From IMG/VR virus record IMGVR_UViG_3300033148_010415, positions 1 to 62,378 of that record: 62,378 nt of DNA; one strand, written 5' to 3'. Position numbers and translations under genes: made by a program. How positions within the stretch are numbered: the stretch's first letter is position 1; the number at the start of each line of letters is the position of its first letter. This DNA is from a virus (lineage: Duplodnaviria > Caudoviricetes). This document shows positions 18,790 to 28,285 of the stretch, piece after piece. The notes under the pieces were generated by a model. The model searched no databases and was not told the origin of the DNA. It saw nothing but the letters and a program-made list of their open reading frames with translations.

Positions 18790-19394
18790 AAGCAGGCAAA
18801 GAAATTCTACTCTTGCCCAATGAAAAGCTGATCTTTCTTCTCAGTGCCAAGTGTGGCAGTAGCTCGATACGGCGTATGGCCATGTATAAGCTTGATTATG
18901 ATAAACCCGGAGACCCAAACCGGGGCCTGCACTATCTTCAAGCTCATGAAGTAAAAAATTATCCGGAGTATTTCAAAATTATGATCACGCGGAATCCTTG
19001 GGCAAGGATTGTATCTCTTTACACTGACAAGGTGGTGCGAACGCTTTATAAGTCTTTCAGATTATTTGGGATTAAACGTAAGTGCCCTTTTGGGGAGTTT
19101 GTCAGAATCATTTCCCGCGTACCTGATCATAGGACAGACCCGCATTTCATATCGCAATCGATTTTTATTGATCAAGTAAAGCCGCACATCGTTTGCAAGT
19201 TAGAAGAAGTGAGGAATTACTGGCATTTTTTACAGCATGCATTGAAAAAGATAAATGATATAGATTTGCCTGATTTGCCTCACTTTAATAAGAAACCACA
19301 CGGGCCTTACCGGGAATATTATGATGACGAAACCAGGACATTGATTGCTAAACGCTATAGACGCGATGTGGAGCTTTTCAACTATGCATTCTGA
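18768..19394 (+). CDS. Sulfotransferase (family 2, carbohydrate sulfotransferase-like)
   Basis: KCGSSSI 5'-PSB, RNPWARIVSLY 3'-PB, DPHF..Q, YREYYD...Y..D.ELFNY. Confidence 0.85.
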   Translation: MVRKTTIKAGKEILLLPNEKLIFLLSAKCGSSSIRRMAMYKLDYDKPGDPNRGLHYLQAHEVKNYPEYFKIMITRNPWARIVSLYTDKVVRTLYKSFRLFGIKRKCPFGEFVRIISRVPDHRTDPHFISQSIFIDQVKPHIVCKLEEVRNYWHFLQHALKKINDIDLPDLPHFNKKPHGPYREYYDDETRTLIAKRYRRDVELFNYAF

Positions 19395-20034
19395 TATTAC
19401 CGTAGCCTGCGTTTTTTGGAAGGGCAGGTTCAGGGGCCGTGATTATACGCCGGAGTGGGTAGAGAAACTCAAGAATATGGTCTCACGTAATTTTTCTATA
19501 CCTCATAGATTTGTATGCTTTTCCAATGTTGAAGTACCGGTTGAGAGGATTCCATTGCGTCATAATCTCCCCGGGTGGTGGAGCAAGCTCGAGCTCTTCG
19601 ACCCTGACAATAGATTGCGGGGACGAATCCTTTATATTGACCTGGATGTGGTGATTGTCGATGACCTTTCGCCAATCGTGGACTATCCATCAGAATTTGC
19701 CATTGTGCCGCATTTCCACCCCTCCATGAAGTCTGGAACGATAATTGGCAACGAGGTGGTCAGATACAACTCATCGGTAATGGTTTGGAACGCGGGCGCT
19801 GGGGGAAGGATATGGAAATATTTCAAGCTTAAGGATATGGCTCTTTTCCGAGGCGACCAGGACTGGATAGCCTCTATTATGCCGGACCTTGACACATTTC
19901 CGAAGAGATGGGTGACCAAGCTGCGGTTTTGCCCGGATGGCCCGCCGCCGGATGCGAAGGTAATCCTGGTAATGCCTGGAAAAAATGAAAAAGCTGCAAG
20001 GCGGTACAGATGGATAAAAGAACTCTGGATTTAA
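19384..20034 (+). CDS. GT-A glycosyltransferase (GT8-like)
   Basis: GWWSKLELF, YIDLDVVI (DxD), NSSVMVW, GDQDWI. Confidence 0.85.
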   Translation: MHSDITVACVFWKGRFRGRDYTPEWVEKLKNMVSRNFSIPHRFVCFSNVEVPVERIPLRHNLPGWWSKLELFDPDNRLRGRILYIDLDVVIVDDLSPIVDYPSEFAIVPHFHPSMKSGTIIGNEVVRYNSSVMVWNAGAGGRIWKYFKLKDMALFRGDQDWIASIMPDLDTFPKRWVTKLRFCPDGPPPDAKVILVMPGKNEKAARRYRWIKELWI

Positions 20035-20681
20035 CTGTAGTGTGTTTTCTCTGGATCGGGGATCGATGGCATCGATCAGACCTGGGAGTTGAATACGTAA
20101 ACCGACTTTTCCGGGGAGTGCAGAGGAATATTTCAGCATCTCATCGATTCGTATGTTTCAGCAATATATCAGGGAATTACGAGAATTTGATTGAGGTTCG
20201 TCCTTTGAATGCTCCGAGCTGGAAAGGTTGCCTGCCGAAAATAACGGCCTTCGATCCGAAACACGGTTTTCACGGGCATGTGATGGTGATGGATATTGAC
20301 ACAGTCGTAGTCGGCTCCCTGGATGACATTGCGTCTTACAGGGGGGACTTCTGTGTCAGGGCGAAATTCCGGGCGCCGCACCTACCGGACGGCGATCTCG
20401 TAGGCTTCAATGCGGAAAAATGCGCATGGATATGGAGCGAATTTGCGGAGAACGTAGACAATGTTGAGAAAATGACTCGGGGACGAGAACGGTTTTTTTA
20501 TCGTGAATTACCCATCAAGCCCGACATCTGGCAGAGACTTTTCCCTGGCCAGCTTGTGAGTTACAAGAATCACGTGAGGAAGCAAAAAACGCTTCCCGAT
20601 AATGCGCGACTTGTCTCATGCCATGGTAATCCCAGGCCGCACGAGATCAACGAGTCCTGGGTAAAGGAGCATTGGATATAA
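20010..20681 (+). CDS. Second GT-A glycosyltransferase (paralogue)
   Basis: YVNRLFRGVQRN, MDIDTVVV (DxD), SYKNH, CHGNPRPHE. Confidence 0.8.
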   Translation: MDKRTLDLTVVCFLWIGDRWHRSDLGVEYVNRLFRGVQRNISASHRFVCFSNISGNYENLIEVRPLNAPSWKGCLPKITAFDPKHGFHGHVMVMDIDTVVVGSLDDIASYRGDFCVRAKFRAPHLPDGDLVGFNAEKCAWIWSEFAENVDNVEKMTRGRERFFYRELPIKPDIWQRLFPGQLVSYKNHVRKQKTLPDNARLVSCHGNPRPHEINESWVKEHWI

Positions 20682-21127
20682 TCATGGTCTACTGGATCAC
20701 GGGACGTGCGAAATCCGGCAAGACGACGCTGGCGAAGAGCCTGATCGAGGCTAATAAATTCAAGTCTATCGTATTATTGGATGGGGATGAGGTTAGAGAG
20801 CATTTTCCGGGTACCGGCTACTCGGATGAGGAACGATATGAACATATCATGCGCATCGCCCGGTTCGCAGCCATCCTGGAGAAGCAGGGATTTCTCGTAA
20901 TCATCGCCCTGGTTTCTCCCCGCAAAGCGTGGCGCCAAGAGGCCCGGAAACTGTTTAGGGAATCGAAGCTGATCTATCTCCCCGGCGGCCACCTCTGGGA
21001 AGGAACGGTCTATGAAGAGCCGGATGAAGAGGAACTGAGAGATAGCGGAATGGTTTATGAGCGCCATCCGAGTTATTACCGAAGAATCTTATGTACTCTC
21101 ATGAACGAGGGAGGAGGCGGTGACTGA
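20672..21127 (+). CDS. cysC: Adenylyl-sulfate (APS) kinase, short form
   Basis: WITGRAKSGKTT P-loop, LLDGDEVR, GYSDEER, ALVSP. Confidence 0.8.
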   Translation: MDIIMVYWITGRAKSGKTTLAKSLIEANKFKSIVLLDGDEVREHFPGTGYSDEERYEHIMRIARFAAILEKQGFLVIIALVSPRKAWRQEARKLFRESKLIYLPGGHLWEGTVYEEPDEEELRDSGMVYERHPSYYRRILCTLMNEGGGGD

Positions 21128-21815
21128 TCCCATTCTGATAACCGGGGCGGCCCGTTCGGGAACATCCATGATCGCCGGCTGTGTATTCCGCTGCGGTGCC
21201 TGGGGCGGGAAAATGTCCGGCCCTACACGCTATAACCAACGAGGAATGTACGAAAACTCGGAAATTCGCAATCAGATCGTGAAGCCTTTCCTGAGAAAAA
21301 TCGGGGTCGATCCTTTGTGCCAGAATCCATTACCGGATATCGTGAAGATTGAAGAGATGGCATACGAAGTCGGGGAGCAATGGGTAGGATGGGTTTTGAG
21401 AATCATCAAGCGGCAGGGGTACAAAAAGGGTCCCTGGTTTTATAAGGGAGCTAAAATGTGCCTGCTATGGCCTATCTGGCACGAGATGTTTCCCTTTGCG
21501 AAATGGGTCATTGTGCGGAGGAATGCACATGATATTGCTTCGTCATGCCTTAAAACCGGATTCATGCGCGGCCACAAAAATCGTGCAGGCTGGTTATATT
21601 GGGTGGCGCAACACGAGAACCGTTTCCGGGAGATGTACGAGGCCGGACTGAAAATCAGGGAAGTGTGGCCGCATAAAGCTATTGTGTATGCCGATTTTTC
21701 GGAATTAAGGGGTGTTATCGAGTGGCTCGGTCTCGAATGGAACGAGAAAGAGGTCATGGAATTCATTAGCCCTGCACTGTGGAGCGGGAAGAAACACCAG
21801 GCAAACGTAGCTTGA
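21120..21815 (+). CDS. Sulfotransferase (family 3-like P-loop)
   Basis: ILITGAARSGTS, N.RG.YEN, AKWVIVRRNAHDIASS. Confidence 0.8.
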   Translation: MTDPILITGAARSGTSMIAGCVFRCGAWGGKMSGPTRYNQRGMYENSEIRNQIVKPFLRKIGVDPLCQNPLPDIVKIEEMAYEVGEQWVGWVLRIIKRQGYKKGPWFYKGAKMCLLWPIWHEMFPFAKWVIVRRNAHDIASSCLKTGFMRGHKNRAGWLYWVAQHENRFREMYEAGLKIREVWPHKAIVYADFSELRGVIEWLGLEWNEKEVMEFISPALWSGKKHQANVA

Positions 21816-21834
21816 GTATAAGAGTTAGGGGGAC

Positions 21835-22197
21835 GTGGTGGCTAGGGTAACCGATGACGAAGTCAAGGAAATCATCGAAACATCAATAACGACAACGCCG
21901 TTTATTACCGTAGCCAATCTGATAGTAACAGAAAGGCTGGCTAATGAAGGACTTGGTGATAGTCTACTCAAGGAAATAGAACGTTGGTTGGCAGCACATT
22001 TAGTAGCTATACGCGATCAGAGACCACAAAACGAAAGGATTGGAGATGCGAATATTACTTACCAGGGCCGGAGCGGTTTGGGATTAGATGCTACACAGTA
22101 TGGCCAGCAGGTTAAAATTTTGGACACTTCCGGTAAGCTTGCTAATCTTGGTAAACGGGTCGCCAGAATAGAGATGATCGACTTCAGTACGGAATAA
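21835..22197 (+). CDS. Head-tail adaptor
   Basis: IERWLAAHL, GLDATQYGQQ motifs; position. Confidence 0.75.
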   Translation: MVARVTDDEVKEIIETSITTTPFITVANLIVTERLANEGLGDSLLKEIERWLAAHLVAIRDQRPQNERIGDANITYQGRSGLGLDATQYGQQVKILDTSGKLANLGKRVARIEMIDFSTE

Positions 22198-22212
22198 AGG
22201 ATAGTAAAAAAT

Positions 22213-22551
22213 ATGGATACTAGCAGGTTTTTAAATCAAACTATCACTTATTGGGCTAATCCGTTAACTGATGGATGGGGAGGATATACGTTCGATGATC
22301 CCATAGCCATATCAGGCCGCTGGGAGGATAGACAGGAGCTTTTCATTGACGCGGAGGGCCGGGAGGTTAGATCACAAGCGGTGGTCTACCTGAACCAGGA
22401 CGTGGAACTCGGCGGTTATCTGGCCCTAGGAACGCATACAGACTCTTCGGATACTGATCCGAGGGATGTAAGCGAAGCTCATAAAATACGATCGTTTCAA
22501 AAGATTCCCGATGTAAAGGGAAGTACATACGTGAGGAAGGCGTGGCTGTAA
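22213..22551 (+). CDS. Head closure protein
   Basis: Position and size; DGWGGYTF motif. Confidence 0.65.
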   Translation: MDTSRFLNQTITYWANPLTDGWGGYTFDDPIAISGRWEDRQELFIDAEGREVRSQAVVYLNQDVELGGYLALGTHTDSSDTDPRDVSEAHKIRSFQKIPDVKGSTYVRKAWL

Positions 22552-22913
22552 ATCCTGAAATTAAGGGCCTGGATGAGGTTTTGAAAAATTTAAACCGTGA
22601 AATCCAGGCTATCGAGGGGAGGTCAAAAGCGGGTATCAGGCAAGCAGTACTTTTGGTAAGACGCAGATCGCAAATATATACGCCCGTAGATACAGGCAAT
22701 CTAGTTAATAGTATATATACTGAGGTTTATGATACATCGAAAGGTCCCGTAGGAGAAATCGGTTATACAGCAGCATATGCACCTCGTGTTCATGAAATGA
22801 TAGGAGCCACTTTCAAAAAGCCAGGTGCGCGGGCAAAGTTTCTTGAAACGGCCTTGAATGAGAGCGTAAAAGATATTTTAAGTACTATTAAAAAGAGAGT
22901 AGAGGTGAAATAA
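22542..22913 (+). CDS. HK97 gp10-like tail completion protein
   Basis: TPVDTGNL..S, YTAAYAPRVHE, AKFLE. Confidence 0.8.
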   Translation: MAVNPEIKGLDEVLKNLNREIQAIEGRSKAGIRQAVLLVRRRSQIYTPVDTGNLVNSIYTEVYDTSKGPVGEIGYTAAYAPRVHEMIGATFKKPGARAKFLETALNESVKDILSTIKKRVEVK

Positions 22914-23116
22914 TGGCGAAAATGGGAAATATAACGATGCAAATTGATAAATATTTTATTCAAACGAGAATCCCTATATGTTTATCTAAGCATTGCAAAC
23001 ACAATATGCTAAGTTTACATGACGTTGCTTTCTGTAATCTTAAAACAATTGAAATTGGAAAAGAGGGGAATTGTTTATCTTTTGAGGAGCGCAAAAAGGA
23101 TGAACCCTCCCAGTGA
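22913..23116 (+). CDS. Small Cys-containing hypothetical protein
   Basis: AT-rich ORF overlapping neighbours; CLSKHCKHN..C..C. Confidence 0.5.
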   Translation: MAKMGNITMQIDKYFIQTRIPICLSKHCKHNMLSLHDVAFCNLKTIEIGKEGNCLSFEERKKDEPSQ

Positions 23117-23495
23117 AGATATTAAGGATATATTAGAAAGCTCACAGTCAGGCACCGGGCTTGTATTCGGGACTGATCTATTTATCGGGGAGGAGCCGGT
23201 ATCACCCGACCAGTGCATAACTATCTATGATACAGGCGGGCCGGAACCGCAGGCAGGATATGTCTACGATTATCCTACGGTGCAAGTTAGGATTCGCGGG
23301 AATAAAGGAGCGTACAAAGAGACATGGGCGCTTGCTGATACCATCAAAAGCGCTTTGCATGGGCTTCATAATGAATCATGGAACGGGACGAAATATCATG
23401 GTATCTGGTGTCAATCCGACATTATTTTTATCGGATATGATGATAATTCACGGCCTGTATTCACCGTGAATTTCAGGATACACAGAAGCGCATAA
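23100..23495 (+). CDS. Tail terminator protein
   Basis: ITIYDTGG, YPTVQVRIRG, GYDDNSRPVFTVNF; upstream of tail tube. Confidence 0.75.
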   Translation: MNPPSEDIKDILESSQSGTGLVFGTDLFIGEEPVSPDQCITIYDTGGPEPQAGYVYDYPTVQVRIRGNKGAYKETWALADTIKSALHGLHNESWNGTKYHGIWCQSDIIFIGYDDNSRPVFTVNFRIHRSA

Positions 23496-23522
23496 CGTAA
23501 CGTAACGAAAATTCAATATCGG

Positions 23523-23609
23523 ACCTGGTTTCGGATAGGCCGATCTGAAGCCGGTGCAAAAAAAGGAAAAGGGCAGTCTAGGTACCCATTACTTAGACTG
23601 CTCTTTTTT
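23523..23609 (+). promoter_or_regulatory. Two-hairpin leader/terminator upstream of tail tube gene (element C)
   Basis: GGAT-AGGCCG-ATCT hairpin, A-run, GGGCAGTCTAGGTA..TACTTAGACTGCTC-TTTTTT. Confidence 0.65.
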
Positions 23610-23626
23610 ATTAGGAGGATAAAAAA

Positions 23627-24055
23627 ATGGGAAGCGATGGAATTGTTGGCGTTGGAACCTTGTTTAAACGAGGGGGAACTGAAGATTCCAGCTCACAATC
23701 TTTTACTACCATTGCAGAAGTGAATTCTATTAGTTGGGGCGGAATGAGCCGTGCAATTATAGATTTCACTAACCTTAACTCTACAGGTGGATACCGGGAG
23801 TTCAAGGGTGGTTTCCGGGATGCCGGTGAACTTACTCTGAACATGAATTTTACCCGAGACGGGTACGATCAGATGAAGGATGATTTCGAGTCCGACGACC
23901 TTCGGTATTACCAAATCGTTTTACCGGACGATGGACAGACCACATTTGAATTTCTCGGACTCGTGACCGCTATTCCATTCGATATTCCGACCGATGACAA
24001 GATCACCGTATCGGTTACCATCAAAGTTAGCGGTCAAGTGACTATGAGTTCATAA
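23627..24055 (+). CDS. Tail tube protein (lambda gpV-like)
   Basis: IDFTNLNSTGGYREF..GFRDAGEL, VTIKVSG. Confidence 0.85.
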   Translation: MGSDGIVGVGTLFKRGGTEDSSSQSFTTIAEVNSISWGGMSRAIIDFTNLNSTGGYREFKGGFRDAGELTLNMNFTRDGYDQMKDDFESDDLRYYQIVLPDDGQTTFEFLGLVTAIPFDIPTDDKITVSVTIKVSGQVTMSS

Positions 24056-24067
24056 AAAGGAGGAACC

Positions 24068-24463
24068 ATGAGAGTCTTAACCAAAGACGATATATTAAAT
24101 GCGGATGATCTGCCGCGCGAAACAATCGAGGTACCAGAATGGGGTGGAAGCGTGATCATACGCACACTCACTGGAGCGGAAAGAGACGAGTTTGAAGCAT
24201 CCCGGTTCATAGTAAAGGGCCGAAGCGTTAAAACTAACCTTGTCAACCTGAGGGCACGGTTAATATCAATGTGCGCGGTTGATGAAGAGGGAAATCGGCT
24301 TTTCACATCGGAAGACGTTCGCAAGCTCGGAAAGAAATCCGCCAAAGCCCTTGATCGATTATTTGAGGCCGCACAGAGGTTATCCGGTCTGACTCCCGAA
24401 GATATTGAGGATATGACAAAAAACTCCGAGAGCGGCCAGAGCGAAGGTTTTATTTCAGATTAG
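24068..24463 (+). CDS. Tail assembly chaperone (gpG)
   Basis: VPEWGGSV.IR.LTGAERD; between tube and tape measure genes. Confidence 0.85.
   Translation: MRVLTKDDILNADDLPRETIEVPEWGGSVIIRTLTGAERDEFEASRFIVKGRSVKTNLVNLRARLISMCAVDEEGNRLFTSEDVRKLGKKSAKALDRLFEAAQRLSGLTPEDIEDMTKNSESGQSEGFISD
24418..24424 (+). other. -1 ribosomal frameshift site A AAA AAC (gpG/gpGT)
   Basis: The -1 frame continues LRERPERRFYFRLALALGCTVKELL into ORF 24466-24807. Confidence 0.85.
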
Positions 24464-24465
24464 CT

Positions 24466-24807
24466 TTGGCCTTAGGTTGTACGGTTAAAGAGCTTTTAGA
24501 CAGGATAGACAGTAGGGAGCTTGCCGAATGGATAGCATTTTATCGTTTGGAACCGTTCGGGGAGGAGATGGCTTTTTTGCGGGCAGGAATTATCTCTTCA
24601 ACGATGGTCAATATGTGGAGGGATTCAAAGAGTAAGCCGGTCAAACCGGAGGATTTTATTCCGACTTGGGATGTTAAGAAATTAGCGGAAACCAAACAAT
24701 CCCCTGACGAAATGAAGCAGATACTTCAAACGATCACAAGATTATTCAAGAATAGAGGCAAAGAAAATGGCAAACATCGGGAACCTCGTAGCGACAATCG
24801 GGGCTGA
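24466..24807 (+). CDS. gpT portion of frameshifted tail chaperone gpGT
   Basis: LALG.TV.ELL..IDSRELAEWIAFY..EPFG. Confidence 0.8.
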   Translation: MALGCTVKELLDRIDSRELAEWIAFYRLEPFGEEMAFLRAGIISSTMVNMWRDSKSKPVKPEDFIPTWDVKKLAETKQSPDEMKQILQTITRLFKNRGKENGKHREPRSDNRG

Positions 24808-26695
24808 TGTTAGTAAGCTCCAAAATGATCTGCAAAAAGCAGACAGAATGTTTAAGTCTTTTGCTAATCGTACGGCAAATCATCTCAAAAGGGTGAAATC
24901 GGCTGTTTTTTCGCTTCAGGGTGCTTTTATTACGTTAGCTGGTGGATACGGTCTAAAGCGACTTATGAGTAGTTTTCTCGATACTGCTCGTACTATGGAA
25001 AACTATCAAGTGAGATTAAAAGTCTTGCTTGGCAGTACGGAAAAAGGGAACAAGCTTTTTAAAGACATGCGCGATTACGCGTCAAAGGTGCCTTTTACCT
25101 TTCAAGACATCATGGGCGCAGCTACTCAGCTAGCTGGTATTATGGGAGGCAGCGTTGACAGGATAAATCAATGGATACCTTTGATAGGAGATCTTGCCGC
25201 TGCTACTGGTCTGAGTATACAGAAAACCACAGAGCAAGTATCAAGGATGTATTCAGCCGGGGCTGCGAGTGCTGATCTGTTTCGAGAGCGCGGCGTTCTG
25301 GCTATGTTGGGATTTCAGGCAGGGGTTAGTTACTCGGCTGAGGAAACTCGGAAAAAGCTCATAGAAGCTTGGACCAAATCGGATAGTAGCTTCCGAGGTG
25401 CCACAAAAGAGATGGCTAAGACGTGGGACGGGCTCATGTCGATGATGGAGGACGCTTGGACAGATCTAAGGGACATGATTATGAAGGCCGGCATCTATGA
25501 TGCCTTGAAACAAGCCTTAAGTGATGTGAATGAAGGCCTGAGAATGTGGATCGCAAATAATAAAGAATTAATCCAACAAAAAATACCCGTGTGGGTAGAG
25601 AGGTTCAAGCAAGAGCTAAAGGATATCAAATCTCTTTTGATCGGTATCTATGAACTCTATCAGATTATATCATTGCCAGCAGATAAACTAATAAATTTTA
25701 CTAGAGATTTAGGAAAAGCTCTTGGAATGGCGACTGGCGGTCTTTTTTCATTTAGCCAGGTAGCTGAAGCCGTGGCAAAAGGCCAGTTGGCCGAACTGGT
25801 AAAAAGAGGCGAGGAACTTCTAAGTATCTACGACAAGATCAATAAGGGCAGGCCAGTAATAGATGTTTTCAATAGAACCCCACGCGGTCCAATTGAAGGA
25901 TTATCAAGGGATACCCTGACGCTTAAAGAGAAAACTGAATTATTGAACAGAGCGCTTTTAATTTCAGAAGATATTCTAAGAGCTAGAGATCTGGCGATGG
26001 AAGAGGCGGCGATTCCTATCGGGGAAATAATCGCGGGTACGAAGGAATATCAGGAGTTGCTACGACGCGGTATGCTTATCAGCGATGATTACATTAGAGC
26101 GCATCATATAGGATTGGAACTAGCTGCTCAATCTGTTGACGACATGAGCGATAAAATAAAGAGACTTAGCGATACGTTCTCACGGGCCTTCGTCGACATG
26201 CTTTGGGAGGGAGAGTTCACGTTCAAGAGGCTCGGTGAATCGCTAGTTAAGGATTTCCTTTCAAAACTTATGAGTGAGCAGATGCAGAGTCTGTTCACAT
26301 CTGTAACTAATACAGGCGGAATGTTTGGTGGCTTTTTCCGAACCCTCGCAAGCATTTTCCATGGTGGCGGTATCGTCGGCATGGGCAGTCCGAGCAGGAT
26401 GGTCCCAGCAGCAGCTTTCATCGGAGCGCCGCGGCTTCATTCCGGTCTTGCAGCGGACGAATACCCGGCAATTCTGCAGCGCGGTGAAGTGGTGTTGCCC
26501 AGGATCACAGGTAGAACCGCATACGGTCCTAGCATCCAGATCACAAACAACAATGATTTCCGCGGTGCGGACCCAACCTCGGAAATGCGTATGATTTCCG
26601 CAATGGAAATCCGGGATGAGCAAACCAAGCAGGACATACTAGAATCCCTCGAACGTGGTGGTTTGTTTGCAACGGCTATTAGGAGGATATCGTAG
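24767..26695 (+). CDS. Tape measure protein
   Basis: 642 aa helical protein, MANIGNLVATIGAD start, FHGGGIVG..HSG..DEYPAILQRGEVV C-terminus. Confidence 0.9.
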   Translation: MANIGNLVATIGADVSKLQNDLQKADRMFKSFANRTANHLKRVKSAVFSLQGAFITLAGGYGLKRLMSSFLDTARTMENYQVRLKVLLGSTEKGNKLFKDMRDYASKVPFTFQDIMGAATQLAGIMGGSVDRINQWIPLIGDLAAATGLSIQKTTEQVSRMYSAGAASADLFRERGVLAMLGFQAGVSYSAEETRKKLIEAWTKSDSSFRGATKEMAKTWDGLMSMMEDAWTDLRDMIMKAGIYDALKQALSDVNEGLRMWIANNKELIQQKIPVWVERFKQELKDIKSLLIGIYELYQIISLPADKLINFTRDLGKALGMATGGLFSFSQVAEAVAKGQLAELVKRGEELLSIYDKINKGRPVIDVFNRTPRGPIEGLSRDTLTLKEKTELLNRALLISEDILRARDLAMEEAAIPIGEIIAGTKEYQELLRRGMLISDDYIRAHHIGLELAAQSVDDMSDKIKRLSDTFSRAFVDMLWEGEFTFKRLGESLVKDFLSKLMSEQMQSLFTSVTNTGGMFGGFFRTLASIFHGGGIVGMGSPSRMVPAAAFIGAPRLHSGLAADEYPAILQRGEVVLPRITGRTAYGPSIQITNNNDFRGADPTSEMRMISAMEIRDEQTKQDILESLERGGLFATAIRRIS

Positions 26696-27330
26696 TGGCA
26701 ACGATAAACTTTCCCACGTTATCGAGATACCCGGATAAGATTAATTTTTCGCCTATATCCAATACCCAGAGGCATCAAAGCCCTCTGTCCGGTTCAATCC
26801 AGACAAAAGAAATACCGGGCACCAGGTGGAAAGTTGTTCTCCAGTACGGCATTTTGTGGGAAGACGATATCCGAAAATTACAGGCTTTTCTTGCTGAAAT
26901 GAATGGCATGGCGGGAAGATGTCATCTGTGGGATTTATCACGCGAAACGCCGCGAGGAGTTGGTACGGGAACGCCCCTGGTTAAGGGAGGCAGCCAGACA
27001 GGAAAAACTTTGAATACCGATGGATGGACTCCCAACCAGACCGGAATACTTCTAGCTGGTGATTATTTTGAAGTCAATAGCGAGATTAAACGCATGACTG
27101 CTAATGTGAACAGCGATGGAAGCGGGAACGCCACGCTCCAGTTCGGGCCGGAATTGCGGGTCAGTCCCTCTGATAATGATCCGGTTAAAGTTAACTTTTC
27201 CATGTCTTCCCAGTCCGCCTCGAAATTCATGCTTATTGATGATAATCAGGACAAATTGATGATTGAGGGAACACGGGATTTAAAGGTTTGTAAAAATATC
27301 GTTTTAACGTTCATTGAGCAGTGGTTATGA
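26695..27330 (+). CDS. Distal tail protein
   Basis: SPLSGSIQT...W motif; directly after tape measure. Confidence 0.7.
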   Translation: MATINFPTLSRYPDKINFSPISNTQRHQSPLSGSIQTKEIPGTRWKVVLQYGILWEDDIRKLQAFLAEMNGMAGRCHLWDLSRETPRGVGTGTPLVKGGSQTGKTLNTDGWTPNQTGILLAGDYFEVNSEIKRMTANVNSDGSGNATLQFGPELRVSPSDNDPVKVNFSMSSQSASKFMLIDDNQDKLMIEGTRDLKVCKNIVLTFIEQWL

Positions 27331-27887
27331 CAAGAAATCTCACACAAGATTTTAAAAATGCGATTACAGCAGACCATGTTCCCTACTTAGTTTTTGCGGA
27401 ACTGGACTTTGAATCAGGCCCGCTACGCGTCTGCAATGCTGGGTACAATTTTACCTGGGATGGCAAGACATGGCTCGGTGTAGGGCACCTTGGAAGGATA
27501 GATGGTATTAAAGAAGAAGCCAGCTTGACGGCACATGGTATCAAGTTGACGATAAGCGGAATTCCTACGGAGCATGTTTCAAAAGCCCTGGGGGAGCATT
27601 ACCAGGGTAAATCATGCAAGGTATGGCTAGCACCGCTCGATCCAGTCACATATCAGCCAGTATCCAATCCTCACATGATATTCGATGGCCTAATGGATAC
27701 GATGGACCCTAAAATCGGTAAACGGGCAACCATCACCGTTAGTGCTGAATCTATACTTGCCGACTGGGACAGGCCGAGAATACGGCGCTATAACCATCAG
27801 GATCAGATCGCGGAATTCCCGCAAGATAAAGGGTTTCAGTTCGTGGAAAAAATGGCTGACCTCACATTGATATGGGGGCCGAAATGA
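27327..27887 (+). CDS. Minor tail/hub protein
   Basis: WDGKTWLGVG.LG, FDGLMD, R.RRYNHQDQ..FPQDKGFQFV. Confidence 0.75.
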   Translation: MTRNLTQDFKNAITADHVPYLVFAELDFESGPLRVCNAGYNFTWDGKTWLGVGHLGRIDGIKEEASLTAHGIKLTISGIPTEHVSKALGEHYQGKSCKVWLAPLDPVTYQPVSNPHMIFDGLMDTMDPKIGKRATITVSAESILADWDRPRIRRYNHQDQIAEFPQDKGFQFVEKMADLTLIWGPK

Positions 27888-28285
27888 GAAAGCAGAATTG
27901 GCCTCATATATTAGCAATGGAAATCGAGGCATGGAGGAATCAGCCGTTCAGCTGGGGATTCAACGATTGCGCGATGTTCGCGGCCAACGTAGTAGAAGCG
28001 ATGACCGGAATCGACTATGCAGCGGAGTTTCGTAATAAATACACTACCCGCGAGGAAGCACAGGCCATGCTCGATGAGCACGGTGGGTTATGTTCCATCA
28101 TGGATAAGCTGTTCGACAGGATTAACCCCCGGCTTGCCCACCGGGGAGACGTAGTCTTGATAGAGGTGGATAGCCGCGAATTTCTCGCCGTAGTGATTGA
28201 TTGGCGGTGCGCAGCGCCAGGTAATGACGGGCTTTTGTTCAACAACGTCATTGACGTGGCGAAAATCGCTTGGAGGATCGATTAA
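27884..28285 (+). CDS. Tail assembly protein, NlpC/P60-like (gpK-like)
   Basis: PFSWGFNDCAMFAA, RGDVVL. Confidence 0.75.
   Translation: MRKQNWPHILAMEIEAWRNQPFSWGFNDCAMFAANVVEAMTGIDYAAEFRNKYTTREEAQAMLDEHGGLCSIMDKLFDRINPRLAHRGDVVLIEVDSREFLAVVIDWRCAAPGNDGLLFNNVIDVAKIAWRID

Noticed and set aside
23493-23507. TAACG triplet repeat (similar run near 53528-53557)
   Set aside because: Too short and low in complexity to support a function.
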